From contig CAWBBV010000004.1 in assembly GCA_963787125.1 (NCBI GenBank), positions 96,001-160,000 on the forward strand: DNA of 64,000 nt. Direction: 5' to 3'. This document shows positions 21,382 to 30,149 of the stretch, piece after piece. Within the stretch, counting starts at the first letter, position 1, and each line of letters begins with the position of its first letter. The DNA comes from an uncultured delta proteobacterium (GTDB taxonomy: Bacteria > Desulfobacterota > Desulfuromonadia > Geobacterales > DSM-12255). Under the pieces are notes generated by a model. That model was not told where the DNA came from and did no database searches. It was given only the letters and a program-made list of their open reading frames with translations. The translations under genes and the position numbers were made by a program.

Positions 21382-24300
21382 AAGTTCTCCGTCTCTCCTT
21401 CAAGAACCTCAATTCCCTGGCCGGGATCTGGGAAATAGATTTCAGGCACCCCGACTATGTTTCCAGCGGTATCTTTGCCATCACCGGACCGACCGGTGCC
21501 GGCAAGACCACCATTCTCGATGCCATCTGTCTGGCTCTCTACGGCCAGACCCCCCGTTTGGGGAGGATCACCCAGAGTGACAACGAAATCATGGCGCGGC
21601 AGAGCGGCGAATGTTTTGCTGAGATTGAATTTGAAACGGCCAGGGGGCGCTTTCGCTGCCACTGGAGCCAGCACCGCTCGCGCAAATTGGCAGACGGCCA
21701 GCTGCAGGCACCGAAACATGAAATTGCCGTGGCTGAAAGCGGCCTGATCCTCGAATCAAAGCTGCGCGCCGTGGCCGACAAGGTTGAGGAAGTCACCGGC
21801 ATGGACTTCGATCGCTTCACCCGCTCCATGCTCCTGGCGCAAGGGGGCTTTGCCGCCTTTTTGCAGGCCCGTCCCGATGAGCGGGCACCGATTCTGGAAC
21901 AGATCACCGGTACCGCCATCTACAGCCGGATTTCCATTAAGGTTCATGAGCGGCGCAGCGAAGAGAACAGGTTACTCGGGGAGTTACGCGCCGAGCTTGA
22001 CGGCATCCAGCTGCTTGCTCCCGGGGAACTGGAGGGCCTCTTTGCTGAGCAGTCTGATCTGCAAAAGGCTGAAAGCGCCCTGAGCAGTGCTGCCTTGATA
22101 ATTCGCGCAGCCCAGTCCTGGCGTGAACGGATTGCGAACCTTGAGAATGAACTGCTGCAGCTGCAGCAGGAGAGGCTTGTCTTTGAAGAGCGCAAGGAGG
22201 GGGCTGCCGGGGAACTGGCGCAGCTGGCGCTGGCCGGCCGTGCCCTGAAACTTGGCGGTGACCATGCCCATATTCTTTTGCTCCGCTCCCAGCAGGCGGG
22301 TGAGCAGGAGGAACTGACCCGTGCCGCCGAACACCGCCCCCAACTGCAACTCGGCTGGCAGGCGGCTTTTGATGGCTGCCAGTTGGCAGAGGCCGGACTG
22401 AAGGCCGCCGGGGAAGAGCAGGCAGCTGAGGCAGAACTGATTCGCCGCACGCGCGAGCTTGATGTCAGGCTTAAGGAAGCTACGACCCAGCTGAACGGCT
22501 TAACGGCAGGGATCGAAAGAGACGGTCAGCAGAACAACGGCTTTCGCACGGCAATAACCGGCTGCGAGCAGCGTCTTCAGAGTAGCGGAGAAGAGTTGCA
22601 AACGGTTGTGGCTTTTCTGGAGCGGCATCAGGATGATGCCGGTCTGGTAGCGGCGCTCACCGGGATCGAGCAACAGCTGCAGGCGCTTACGGCCCAGACT
22701 AAACAGTGCAGTGAAGTCAGTGTCAAACTGGACCGACAGGCCGGTCTGAATGAGGCTGCCGGGTTGACCTGCGGCAAGGCAGATGGAGCCTGGCAGGCGG
22801 TTCAGCAGGCTGTCGCCGATGCTGAAGAGCGACTGTCAGTATTATGTGCAGAGGGTGAAGCTGCATTGCAAGGACGTGATCTGTCTATATGGCGCGCTGA
22901 AGCGGAAACGTTGGTAAGCAGGCAGGAACGGTTGCGGACGGTGCAGGAAGCAGTGGCGCGACTCGATGGTGATAGCGCAACGCTGGCAGCGGTCAAAGAG
23001 CGGCAGGAAGAGCTTGAGCGCAAGCGGCAAACGCTTGTCCGGCAGCAACTCTCCCTGAGCAGCGAAACTGAGCTGCGTGAGCAGGTCGCTGCTCAGTTGC
23101 AGGCAAATGTTCTGCTACTAAACCGGGTGCGCAGTCTGGAAGAGGATCGTCGCCAGCTTCAAGACGGAGTGCCGTGCCCTTTGTGCGGTGCCAGTGAGCA
23201 CCCGTATGCCGCCGGTAATCTACCACAGGCGGATACTGCCCAAAAGGAGCTGGAGCTGGCTGCCGCCGCGGTCAGGCTGGTGCGGGAGCAGCTTGCCGGA
23301 ACCAGACAGGAACTGGTCGCTGTTGACAAGGATCTGGCTCATGCCGGCCAGGAAGTGAACGAACTTCAGGCGCGGCAGCAGCGGGACAGCGCCTTCTGCG
23401 CTGCCGGTTTTGTTGAGCTGGGGGTTAGCATCGCCGCAACTGCCTGGGCGGAAGCCATTCGCAGAGAGTCTGACGCTTGCCAGTCGGCTCTGCTCATGCT
23501 GCGGAGTTTTATTCAGAGTGGCGAACAGCACGCAGAGGCAGAGCGGAGCGCCCAACTGAAACTTCACAAACTAAAAGAAGAACTGGCAGAGCATGATAAG
23601 ACCCGGCTAACCGCCCGCCTGGGGGCAGAAGCGGCGCTGGCGGAGCTGCATCGTCTGGAGGTGGAGGCGGTAACTCTTCACGCAGAATTTGAGCGGCTGC
23701 TGGCCAACGTCGCCCAAGTGGTGGCCGAATTCGGCTATACGGAGATCACTGCGGAGGGTGCTGCGGGGCTCTTGGCAGCCCTGACTGCCCGGCGCGACGC
23801 CTACGGGCAACAGCTGCAGACCAGAGAGCGTCTGGAAAAAGTGCGGGCAGAATTAATCGCTGATAAGGCACAACAGCAGGCGCTACTGGCGGCAGCTGAA
23901 AAGATGCTCAATGAGAAGGAACAGGAGCTGCGCGACATAAGCTCCGGCCGTGCTGCCCTGGTTGAGCTGCGACTGGAACTTTACGGCGAGCGCAGTCCGG
24001 ATCTGGAGGAAAAACGGCTGACTGATGCATTACGCGTTGCCTCTGAACGGCGTGAAGAGGCACTCAAGGAGCTGAACCGCTTTCAGGCTGAGCTGGATGC
24101 CCTGACCGGGCAGATTGGACGGCTTAACAGCGCTATTGATCAGAGAGGCAGGCAGTTGTCTGGACTGGAAGGTGCTTTTCGTGTGCGTCTCAGTGAGAAC
24201 GGTTTTGTCGATGAGGCAGCTTATCTGCAGGCGTGCCTGCCCCAAGAGCGCTTCGAGGCGCTGGCACAAATGGCTGACAGCCTGCGGCAGACGGAAACCG

Positions 24301-25052
24301 CCCTGCAGACCCGGCAGCAGGACCGCCGTGACTCTTTGGCGGCTGAACTGGCCAGGAATCTGACCGACAAACCGCTTGACCTGCTCCGGGTTGAGAACGC
24401 CGCTGTCAGCGGGGAGCTGAGCGAGCTGCACAAGGGGCTGGGTGCTCTTGAGCAGAGACTGCAGCAGCACGCGCAGCAGCAGGAGCGCCATCAGAGCCGG
24501 CTTCTGGCCATTGAACGGCAAAGACGGGAATGTGAGCGCTGGGAGAAACTGCACAGCCTGATAGGTTCCAGCGACGGCAAGAAGTTCCGTAATTTTGCCC
24601 AGGGGCTGACCTTCGAGCTGATGGTGGCCCACGCCAACCGTCAGCTGCAGAAGATGAGCGACCGTTATATCCTGATTCGGGACAGTTCTGAACCGCTGGA
24701 GCTGAACGTCATCGACAACTATCAGGCCGGGGAGATCCGCTCCACCAAGAACCTGTCCGGGGGCGAGAGTTTCATCGCCAGCCTTGCCCTTTCTCTCGGC
24801 CTCTCCAGCATGGCGAGCCGCAACGTCCGGGTAGATTCCCTCTTCCTCGACGAAGGCTTCGGCACCCTTGATGAAGACGCTCTGGAAACCGCCCTGGAAA
24901 CCCTTTCCGGGCTGCAGCAGGACGGCAAGCTGATCGGCATCATCTCCCATGTCCCGGCCCTCAAGGAGCGAATCGGCACCCAGATTCAGGTGGAGGCCGG
25001 CAGCGGTGGCCGCAGCCGGTTGAGCGGGCCGGGTTGCCGGGCGGTGGATTGA
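21378..25052 (+). CDS. sbcC: SbcCD SMC-type ATPase subunit
   Basis: Walker A GPTGAGKT, coiled coils, CPLCG zinc hook, LSGGE and FLDEGFGTLD motifs. Confidence 0.95.
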   Translation: MKVLRLSFKNLNSLAGIWEIDFRHPDYVSSGIFAITGPTGAGKTTILDAICLALYGQTPRLGRITQSDNEIMARQSGECFAEIEFETARGRFRCHWSQHRSRKLADGQLQAPKHEIAVAESGLILESKLRAVADKVEEVTGMDFDRFTRSMLLAQGGFAAFLQARPDERAPILEQITGTAIYSRISIKVHERRSEENRLLGELRAELDGIQLLAPGELEGLFAEQSDLQKAESALSSAALIIRAAQSWRERIANLENELLQLQQERLVFEERKEGAAGELAQLALAGRALKLGGDHAHILLLRSQQAGEQEELTRAAEHRPQLQLGWQAAFDGCQLAEAGLKAAGEEQAAEAELIRRTRELDVRLKEATTQLNGLTAGIERDGQQNNGFRTAITGCEQRLQSSGEELQTVVAFLERHQDDAGLVAALTGIEQQLQALTAQTKQCSEVSVKLDRQAGLNEAAGLTCGKADGAWQAVQQAVADAEERLSVLCAEGEAALQGRDLSIWRAEAETLVSRQERLRTVQEAVARLDGDSATLAAVKERQEELERKRQTLVRQQLSLSSETELREQVAAQLQANVLLLNRVRSLEEDRRQLQDGVPCPLCGASEHPYAAGNLPQADTAQKELELAAAAVRLVREQLAGTRQELVAVDKDLAHAGQEVNELQARQQRDSAFCAAGFVELGVSIAATAWAEAIRRESDACQSALLMLRSFIQSGEQHAEAERSAQLKLHKLKEELAEHDKTRLTARLGAEAALAELHRLEVEAVTLHAEFERLLANVAQVVAEFGYTEITAEGAAGLLAALTARRDAYGQQLQTRERLEKVRAELIADKAQQQALLAAAEKMLNEKEQELRDISSGRAALVELRLELYGERSPDLEEKRLTDALRVASERREEALKELNRFQAELDALTGQIGRLNSAIDQRGRQLSGLEGAFRVRLSENGFVDEAAYLQACLPQERFEALAQMADSLRQTETALQTRQQDRRDSLAAELARNLTDKPLDLLRVENAAVSGELSELHKGLGALEQRLQQHAQQQERHQSRLLAIERQRRECERWEKLHSLIGSSDGKKFRNFAQGLTFELMVAHANRQLQKMSDRYILIRDSSEPLELNVIDNYQAGEIRSTKNLSGGESFIASLALSLGLSSMASRNVRVDSLFLDEGFGTLDEDALETALETLSGLQQDGKLIGIISHVPALKERIGTQIQVEAGSGGRSRLSGPGCRAVD

Positions 25053-25197
25053 TGGACAACGCTCGCTGGTGGCCTGGCTGTTGGCGCGCCCTAGAGTAGA
25101 GGGGAGTTAGATGGCGTCAGATTGGGAGTTTCAGGAAGATTCCACAGAATTCGGAAATGCTTAAACCTTGAACTGTTTTTAATTGGCGGAATGTGAT

Positions 25198-25236
25198 AAA
25201 AAGCACCCTGGCAGATAATGTCAGGGTGCTTTTTTT
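25198..25236. terminator. Intrinsic terminator hairpin
   Basis: AAAAAGCACCCTGGCA...TGTCAGGGTGCTTTTTTT; near-copy of the 20014 hairpin. Confidence 0.75.
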
Positions 25237-25242
25237 GTTGAG

Positions 25243-26816
25243 GTGTCAATGATGACAAGGAAACAGATATTCATCAGTTCCGTGCAGAAAGAACTGGCTG
25301 ACGACCGTCGGGCGCTGAAAGAGTACGTGCATGGTGATCCACTGCTCCGCCGCTTTTTCGAGGTGTTTCTCTTCGAGGATCTACCTGCTTCCGACCGGTG
25401 TGCTGATGAAGTCTACTTGTCTGAGGTGGAGCAAAGCGCCATCTATGTTGGCCTTTTCGGCAATGACTATGGCTACGTTAACGCTGATGGGATTTCGCCC
25501 ACTGAACGGGAATTCGACCATGCCACAACCAGTGGCAAGGAACGGCTCATCTTAGTCAAAGGGAATGATGACTCTTCCCGTCATCCCGGAATGCAGGCTC
25601 TGATCCGCAAGGCGGGTGAACAGCTCATCCGCCGCCGTTTCAATGCTATTACTGAATTGATAACCAGTCTTTATGCCGCACTGGTGCAGTATCTGGTGGC
25701 TAATGAGTTGATCCGTAGCGGACCATTTGATGCCGCGCCTTGCCTGAAGGCTACCATTAAAGATCTTGACGAAGAAAAAATTCGGTCATTTCTTCGGAGT
25801 GCCCGTCGGGCGCGGGGCTTTGCTCTTGATGAAGATACAACTCCGGCCTCAGTTCTGGAGCATTTGAACCTGCTTGATCATGGTCGCCCTTCTCAAGCAG
25901 CAGTCCTGCTTTTCGGAGTACAGCCTCAGCGCTACCTGCTTTCATCCGAAGTGAAGTGTATGCATTTTCACGCCACACACGTTCATAAACCGATCCCCTC
26001 CTACCATATCTTCAAGGGACACTCTTCGAACTGGTTGATCAGGCGGTGGATTTCGTGATGTCCAAGATCGATCTCTGGGTGGGAACACGGAAAGACGGTC
26101 CACAGGCGCCGGTGGCCTATGAAATTCCCCGTGAGGTCGTGTCTGAGGCAATTGTCAACGCCGTTGCGCATCGAGATTACACCAGTACCGGCAGCGTCCA
26201 GGTGATGCTGTTTTCAGATCGGCTTGAGATCTGGAGCCCAGGCGAATTGCGACCCCCCATGACTCTGGCCAAATTGATCAGGCCGCACCCCTCCTTGCCG
26301 GTTAATCCGCTCATTGCAGAACCACTTTACCTGAGCAAATATATCGAAAAGGCAGGATCCGGCACCCTCGACATGCTGGAGCTCTGCCGATCAACCGGAC
26401 TGCATCCGCCGGAATTCCGCGTGGATGTTGGTTGTTTCATCGTGACCATCCGTCGCAAGCAGCGCGCGGGTACCGCGAAAAGCATGCAGCCAGAGTCACA
26501 ATCAGAGTCGATGACCCAAGTCATAGGGCTAGAGTCGGGGCTAGAGTCGGGGCTAGAGTCGGGGCTAGAGTCGGGGCTAGAGTCGGAAATATCACAAAAG
26601 GCTTTGGTGGCTCTCACTGCCGGAGCGATGGGGCGTTCGGAGATCGCTGAAGCAGTTGGACATGAGCGAATTTCCGGTGCTATCAATCGTGCAATTAAGG
26701 AACTTTTGCAAAAGAGGCTAATCGCATACACTATTCCCGACAAGCCCAACAGCCGTTTGCAAAAATACCAGCTCACTACAGAAGGCAGGGCTTGGCTGGC
26801 AGGACGACAAAAATGA
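25243..26816 (+). pseudogene. DUF4062 + ATP-binding (RecG_C/HATPase-like) + HTH protein, split by a 1-bp frameshift near 26016
   Basis: IFISSVQKE N-terminus; EAIVNAVAHRDY and EKAGSG in the second frame; adding one G gives continuous FKGTLFELVDQAVDFVMSKI. Confidence 0.7.
26526..26585 (+). repeat. 12-bp tandem repeat x5 (GGGCTAGAGTCG, encoding GLES)
   Basis: Five exact tandem units inside the coding region. Confidence 0.9.
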
Positions 26817-27139
26817 AATACCCTCCGCATTGTTGTCAACTGTGACTATTATGAATAATCATTTGTCGAGGGCTGTCTTCCATGACAGGTCTAAAATGTC
26901 CCGAAAGCGCAGGAATCCGAACTGGTGAAACTGCGCAGTGCCGTATACCAGAAAATGAAGCTGTTTAAGGGGTGAACCAAACGGGATGTTTATTAAAAGG
27001 GAGACAAAGGGGACATTCTATAGTCCACCTGTCAACTGAAAATATCGCTCTTTTAAAATCAAATAGTTAGTCATCCTTGCGGATTGCGGGCGCAGCTATC
27101 CCTTGCTTTGGTGAAATGGCGAGTCTCTCACTTACGGCA

Positions 27140-27320
27140 AACCTTGAGCTTAATCGTTACTTGTATCCGACATCCCCCGCCCGCATCGGGAACTGGGTTG
27201 TCTATCATTCCTTATCAAAGCTCCAAGATTTTAGTGAGATGCCCGGTATTGTCCCTCCCGAGGTCATTGCTGCCTCTACGTTGTTAAACGGGCTTATCTC
27301 GCCTACTGCCTGCCTCTAGG
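27140..27320 (-). ncRNA. Putative IS110 bridge RNA
   Basis: Two large internal loops; one carries CAACGT and GGGAC matching the target, the other GAATG and TAAC matching the donor junction. Confidence 0.65.
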
Positions 27321-27324
27321 GTGG

Positions 27325-28614
27325 TTATCCCGTGAAGCAGGAAGGATTAAATGGTTCTCTCTTCTTCATAAGTGTCCAGGCCACAACCAAAAGCTTTGCC
27401 GCCAGCTTGACTTTCATCTTCAGGTTGATGCCGCGCTCAAGCTCGCGACCTCTGATTAATTTGCTAAAGTAAGTCCTGATAACCGGATTCGCTGTGGAGG
27501 CAACCATTGCCGCTTGCACCAGGGCGTAACGCAGTGCCGCTTTCCCTTGCTTGGAGATCACCGGCTTGGCACTGTTGCTGTTCTTGCCGCTCCGCTCGGC
27601 ACTTAAGTCCAGTCCGGCCAGACGCACTACCTGTCCCTGATTCTGAAACCGGACAGGATTGCCGATGGCGGCAAGAACCATGGCCGAAATAATCGGACCG
27701 AATCCGGGAATAGACAGAAGGCACTCATATTCAGAAAACTGCTTTGCTGCTTTTGCCATCAACTGCTCATTACCCTTGACCGTTTCACGAATCGACTTCA
27801 GCTGGCAGACGAGACTCTTGGCCTCCCATCTGGCGGCGTCATGAACAAGGCAACCAACGGACTCTCCGGCAGTCTCCCAAAGCTCGCGCAGACGTCTTTC
27901 CTGTTCTATCCTGATCTTGCGTTTTGTAATGAGCTTCAGGAAGGCGTCGAACTCCATCCCGGCAATTTCCCTCGGGTCCAGACAATGTTCGGCAATTGAA
28001 AGAATCAGGTCGTCCGGTTGCCCTGCTTTGATGTAGAGCTGGTCCAATTCGGGAAAGAACTGGGCAAGAACATTATTTCTCAGCCGCATTTTCAGTGCGT
28101 GCTCTTCCTTCTTCAGCCTGATCCTGAAACCAATCAGGCTGCGTAATTCACGCAGGTTCTCTTGCGGTAGCTCATAGAAGAGGCAGCGGCTCTGGCCCAC
28201 CAGATCGGCAACATTGGCGGCATCCTTCTTGTCGTTCTTGTCCCAACGGCCATCCAGTAGCGCTCGATTCTTTGCCACGGCCACATTGGATACATAGACA
28301 ACCTGCTCCTTCTGTCGCAGCAGATATTCGGCTAAGGGCTTGTGGTAGGAGGCTGTAGGCTCAAGTCCATACACAACCTCGACCAGGCCATGTTGATTCT
28401 TGAGATCTCCGGCTAAACTGCGCAGATTCTCGAATCCTTGTAAGCTGTTGTCAAAGATCATGTTCTTGCGTAGCGTTCTGCCATTGGGTGTTCCAAAGAA
28501 AGCATGGTGCTTGTTCTTGGCAACATCGATGCCGACTAGCAGATGTTTTTCCGAGCCCCTGACTGATGCCTTCATCTGTCTGAACAACGCCAGACTATCC
28601 GTTACAGCTTCCAT
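27325..28614 (-). CDS. IS110-family DEDD recombinase/transposase
   Basis: VGIDVAK, LEPTASY, KNDKKDA, SIPGFGP and RSG motifs. Confidence 0.92.
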   Translation of the reverse strand: MEAVTDSLALFRQMKASVRGSEKHLLVGIDVAKNKHHAFFGTPNGRTLRKNMIFDNSLQGFENLRSLAGDLKNQHGLVEVVYGLEPTASYHKPLAEYLLRQKEQVVYVSNVAVAKNRALLDGRWDKNDKKDAANVADLVGQSRCLFYELPQENLRELRSLIGFRIRLKKEEHALKMRLRNNVLAQFFPELDQLYIKAGQPDDLILSIAEHCLDPREIAGMEFDAFLKLITKRKIRIEQERRLRELWETAGESVGCLVHDAARWEAKSLVCQLKSIRETVKGNEQLMAKAAKQFSEYECLLSIPGFGPIISAMVLAAIGNPVRFQNQGQVVRLAGLDLSAERSGKNSNSAKPVISKQGKAALRYALVQAAMVASTANPVIRTYFSKLIRGRELERGINLKMKVKLAAKLLVVAWTLMKKREPFNPSCFTG

Positions 28615-28759
28615 TCTGTCCTCCTGGTATGTTGAATAAATGGCTATTCAATAACAGGCTGACAATAGAACTACAAGACTGGTAACTTATTATTTTATCT
28701 ATAATTTCCGGGGAAAAATCTGTAGCTCTCAGTCATATATAACGTTGCTTGCTAATCAA

Positions 28760-29749
28760 CTAACCACCTACTTTCAGCAACTTTATTCGCAGTTCCTGAT
28801 CATCTTTCAGCAGTTCTCCACCCCGTCGGACCGCCATTGATGCGCCTGCCGAGCCAATTACCACAATTTTTCCGGCCTCAGTCGCCGTATAGTCGTACTC
28901 ACGCACAGCACAGTAGCAGAAGATGGCTTTGGCTCGTGCGATGGCCCGTTCCTTGCCGGGACTCTGCAGTTTTTCTAAAGGTGCTCCGGTTACGGCACTG
29001 ACTTTATCGAGAAGAGCACTCAATGTAAGTCGCGGTTTATGCAGCTCACCCTGTCTGGCTCCACCGGTCAGTAGTTCGACAAATTCGCCACTGCCGAGTA
29101 TGCGCTCGTCAAAGGCTGCTATTTCTCCGCTCTCCATACAATCAGGCTGGCTGCGCTTCAGTCCGCCTCCAATCAGATCGTTGCGCTGTCCGGCAGCAAC
29201 ACCGTCGGCAATGAACTGCTGATAGGCATGCATTGAGCGGGCTCTTTCCAGCCCAAATCGTGCCAGTATCTCTTCTGTTTCCTGACCTTCCATGGTCCGC
29301 TTACCAAGTAAAACTGCATGGCCGCTCCAGAGGTAGTGCTCCAGTCCGTCCAGATCGGCAACCATTCCGGCCCGTAACGGATTCAGGTGGATATAACGGA
29401 CAAGTTCAAGCAGGTACGGTTCTTCCTCGCAGAGGATGGATTTGTAGCGGTTCTGGAACAGATGACCGCAGCGGTTGTATTTCCGGTTGAAATAGACAGC
29501 ATAGCCGGTGAGCAGGCGACGCATGGTCTCTGCAAGGGAAACAGTGGTCGGCATAAGCAGCAGATGAAAATGGTTCGACATGAGCGCCCAGGCATAACAC
29601 TTTGTGGCGCTTTTAGAGAGCAGGGCAGACAGGCTTGCCACAAAGCGTTCCTTGTCAGCGTCATCAGCGAAAATATCGCGGCGTTCAATCCCGCGAACGA
29701 TGACGTGCTGCAGGACGTGTGGTATGTCAAGGCGTGGTTGGCGTGGCAT
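28760..29749 (-). CDS. REP-associated tyrosine transposase-like (Y1 HUH) protein with a C-terminal HTH
   Basis: MPRQPR, HVIVRG, MSNHFHLLL, GHLFQNRYKS and YIHLNP motifs. Confidence 0.88.
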   Translation of the reverse strand: MPRQPRLDIPHVLQHVIVRGIERRDIFADDADKERFVASLSALLSKSATKCYAWALMSNHFHLLLMPTTVSLAETMRRLLTGYAVYFNRKYNRCGHLFQNRYKSILCEEEPYLLELVRYIHLNPLRAGMVADLDGLEHYLWSGHAVLLGKRTMEGQETEEILARFGLERARSMHAYQQFIADGVAAGQRNDLIGGGLKRSQPDCMESGEIAAFDERILGSGEFVELLTGGARQGELHKPRLTLSALLDKVSAVTGAPLEKLQSPGKERAIARAKAIFCYCAVREYDYTATEAGKIVVIGSAGASMAVRRGGELLKDDQELRIKLLKVGG

Positions 29750-29809
29750 GAGAGGAGAATAGCACTGGCGTGGATTGGTGGCAATAGTTAATTAGTGAGC
29801 AACGTCCCC

Positions 29810-30091
29810 CCAAGCTTCGCACTTCAACTTTAGATTGCGGCGTTGAAAAGATCTGTTCCGGAACGCTGTGCTCCAATGCCGACGAAGTCATACCACTTGA
29901 GAGCATATACTGTTTGACAGTCTCACTGTTGCCATCTTTCGCCTTCACCACTTGCATCAGATAATCTGCGTCCATGTTCAGTCCGCCGGAACGGATATAA
30001 CGGGGTATTCCCCAAAGCATCATCACCTTGAGCTTGGTTGCAAAGATAGTTTCTGACGGAACAGTGATAGCGTTGACGTTCAAGGTATTTG
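29810..30091 (-). pseudogene. Internal fragment of a larger gene (resembles a segment of large transglutaminase-like/secreted proteins)
   Basis: Open frame with no proper start, cut by the attC core on one side and the RAYT repeat on the other; the SALEHSVPEQ resemblance is from recollection only. Confidence 0.4.
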
Positions 30092-30149
30092 CAGCAACGG
30101 CTGAGAGCACACCGGCGGCGGGTTTTTGCCGACCGGTGCTGCGCTTAGT
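30092..30149 (-). other. attC (terminal), interrupted by intron 1; remainder at 32049-32053
   Basis: CAGCAAC...GCACACCGG/CCGGTGCTGC...TAGT|TGGGC. Confidence 0.85.

Larger units (their letters stand above)
27015..28743 (-). mobile_element. IS110-family element (about 1.73 kb) with an AC/GT core
   Basis: Removing it restores the RAYT inverted repeat; the dinucleotide AC is present at both junctions. Confidence 0.8.
27009..29809 (-). mobile_element. RAYT/Y1 transposase unit bounded by 25-bp inverted repeats; left repeat interrupted by IS110
   Basis: Left repeat rebuilt from 27009-27014 plus 28744-28762 (GGGGACGTTGCTTGCTAATCAACTA) matches the reverse complement of 29785-29809 at 22/25. Confidence 0.7.

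Noticed and set aside
1266..24950. Long antisense ORFs (1266-2162, 5837-6694, 18691-19749, 24030-24950 and others)
   Set aside because: They shadow well-supported genes on the opposite strand and carry no motifs.
25053..30091. Integron integrase at the left end of the array
   Set aside because: No tyrosine-recombinase motifs are present, and cassette orientation places attI/intI to the right of the window.
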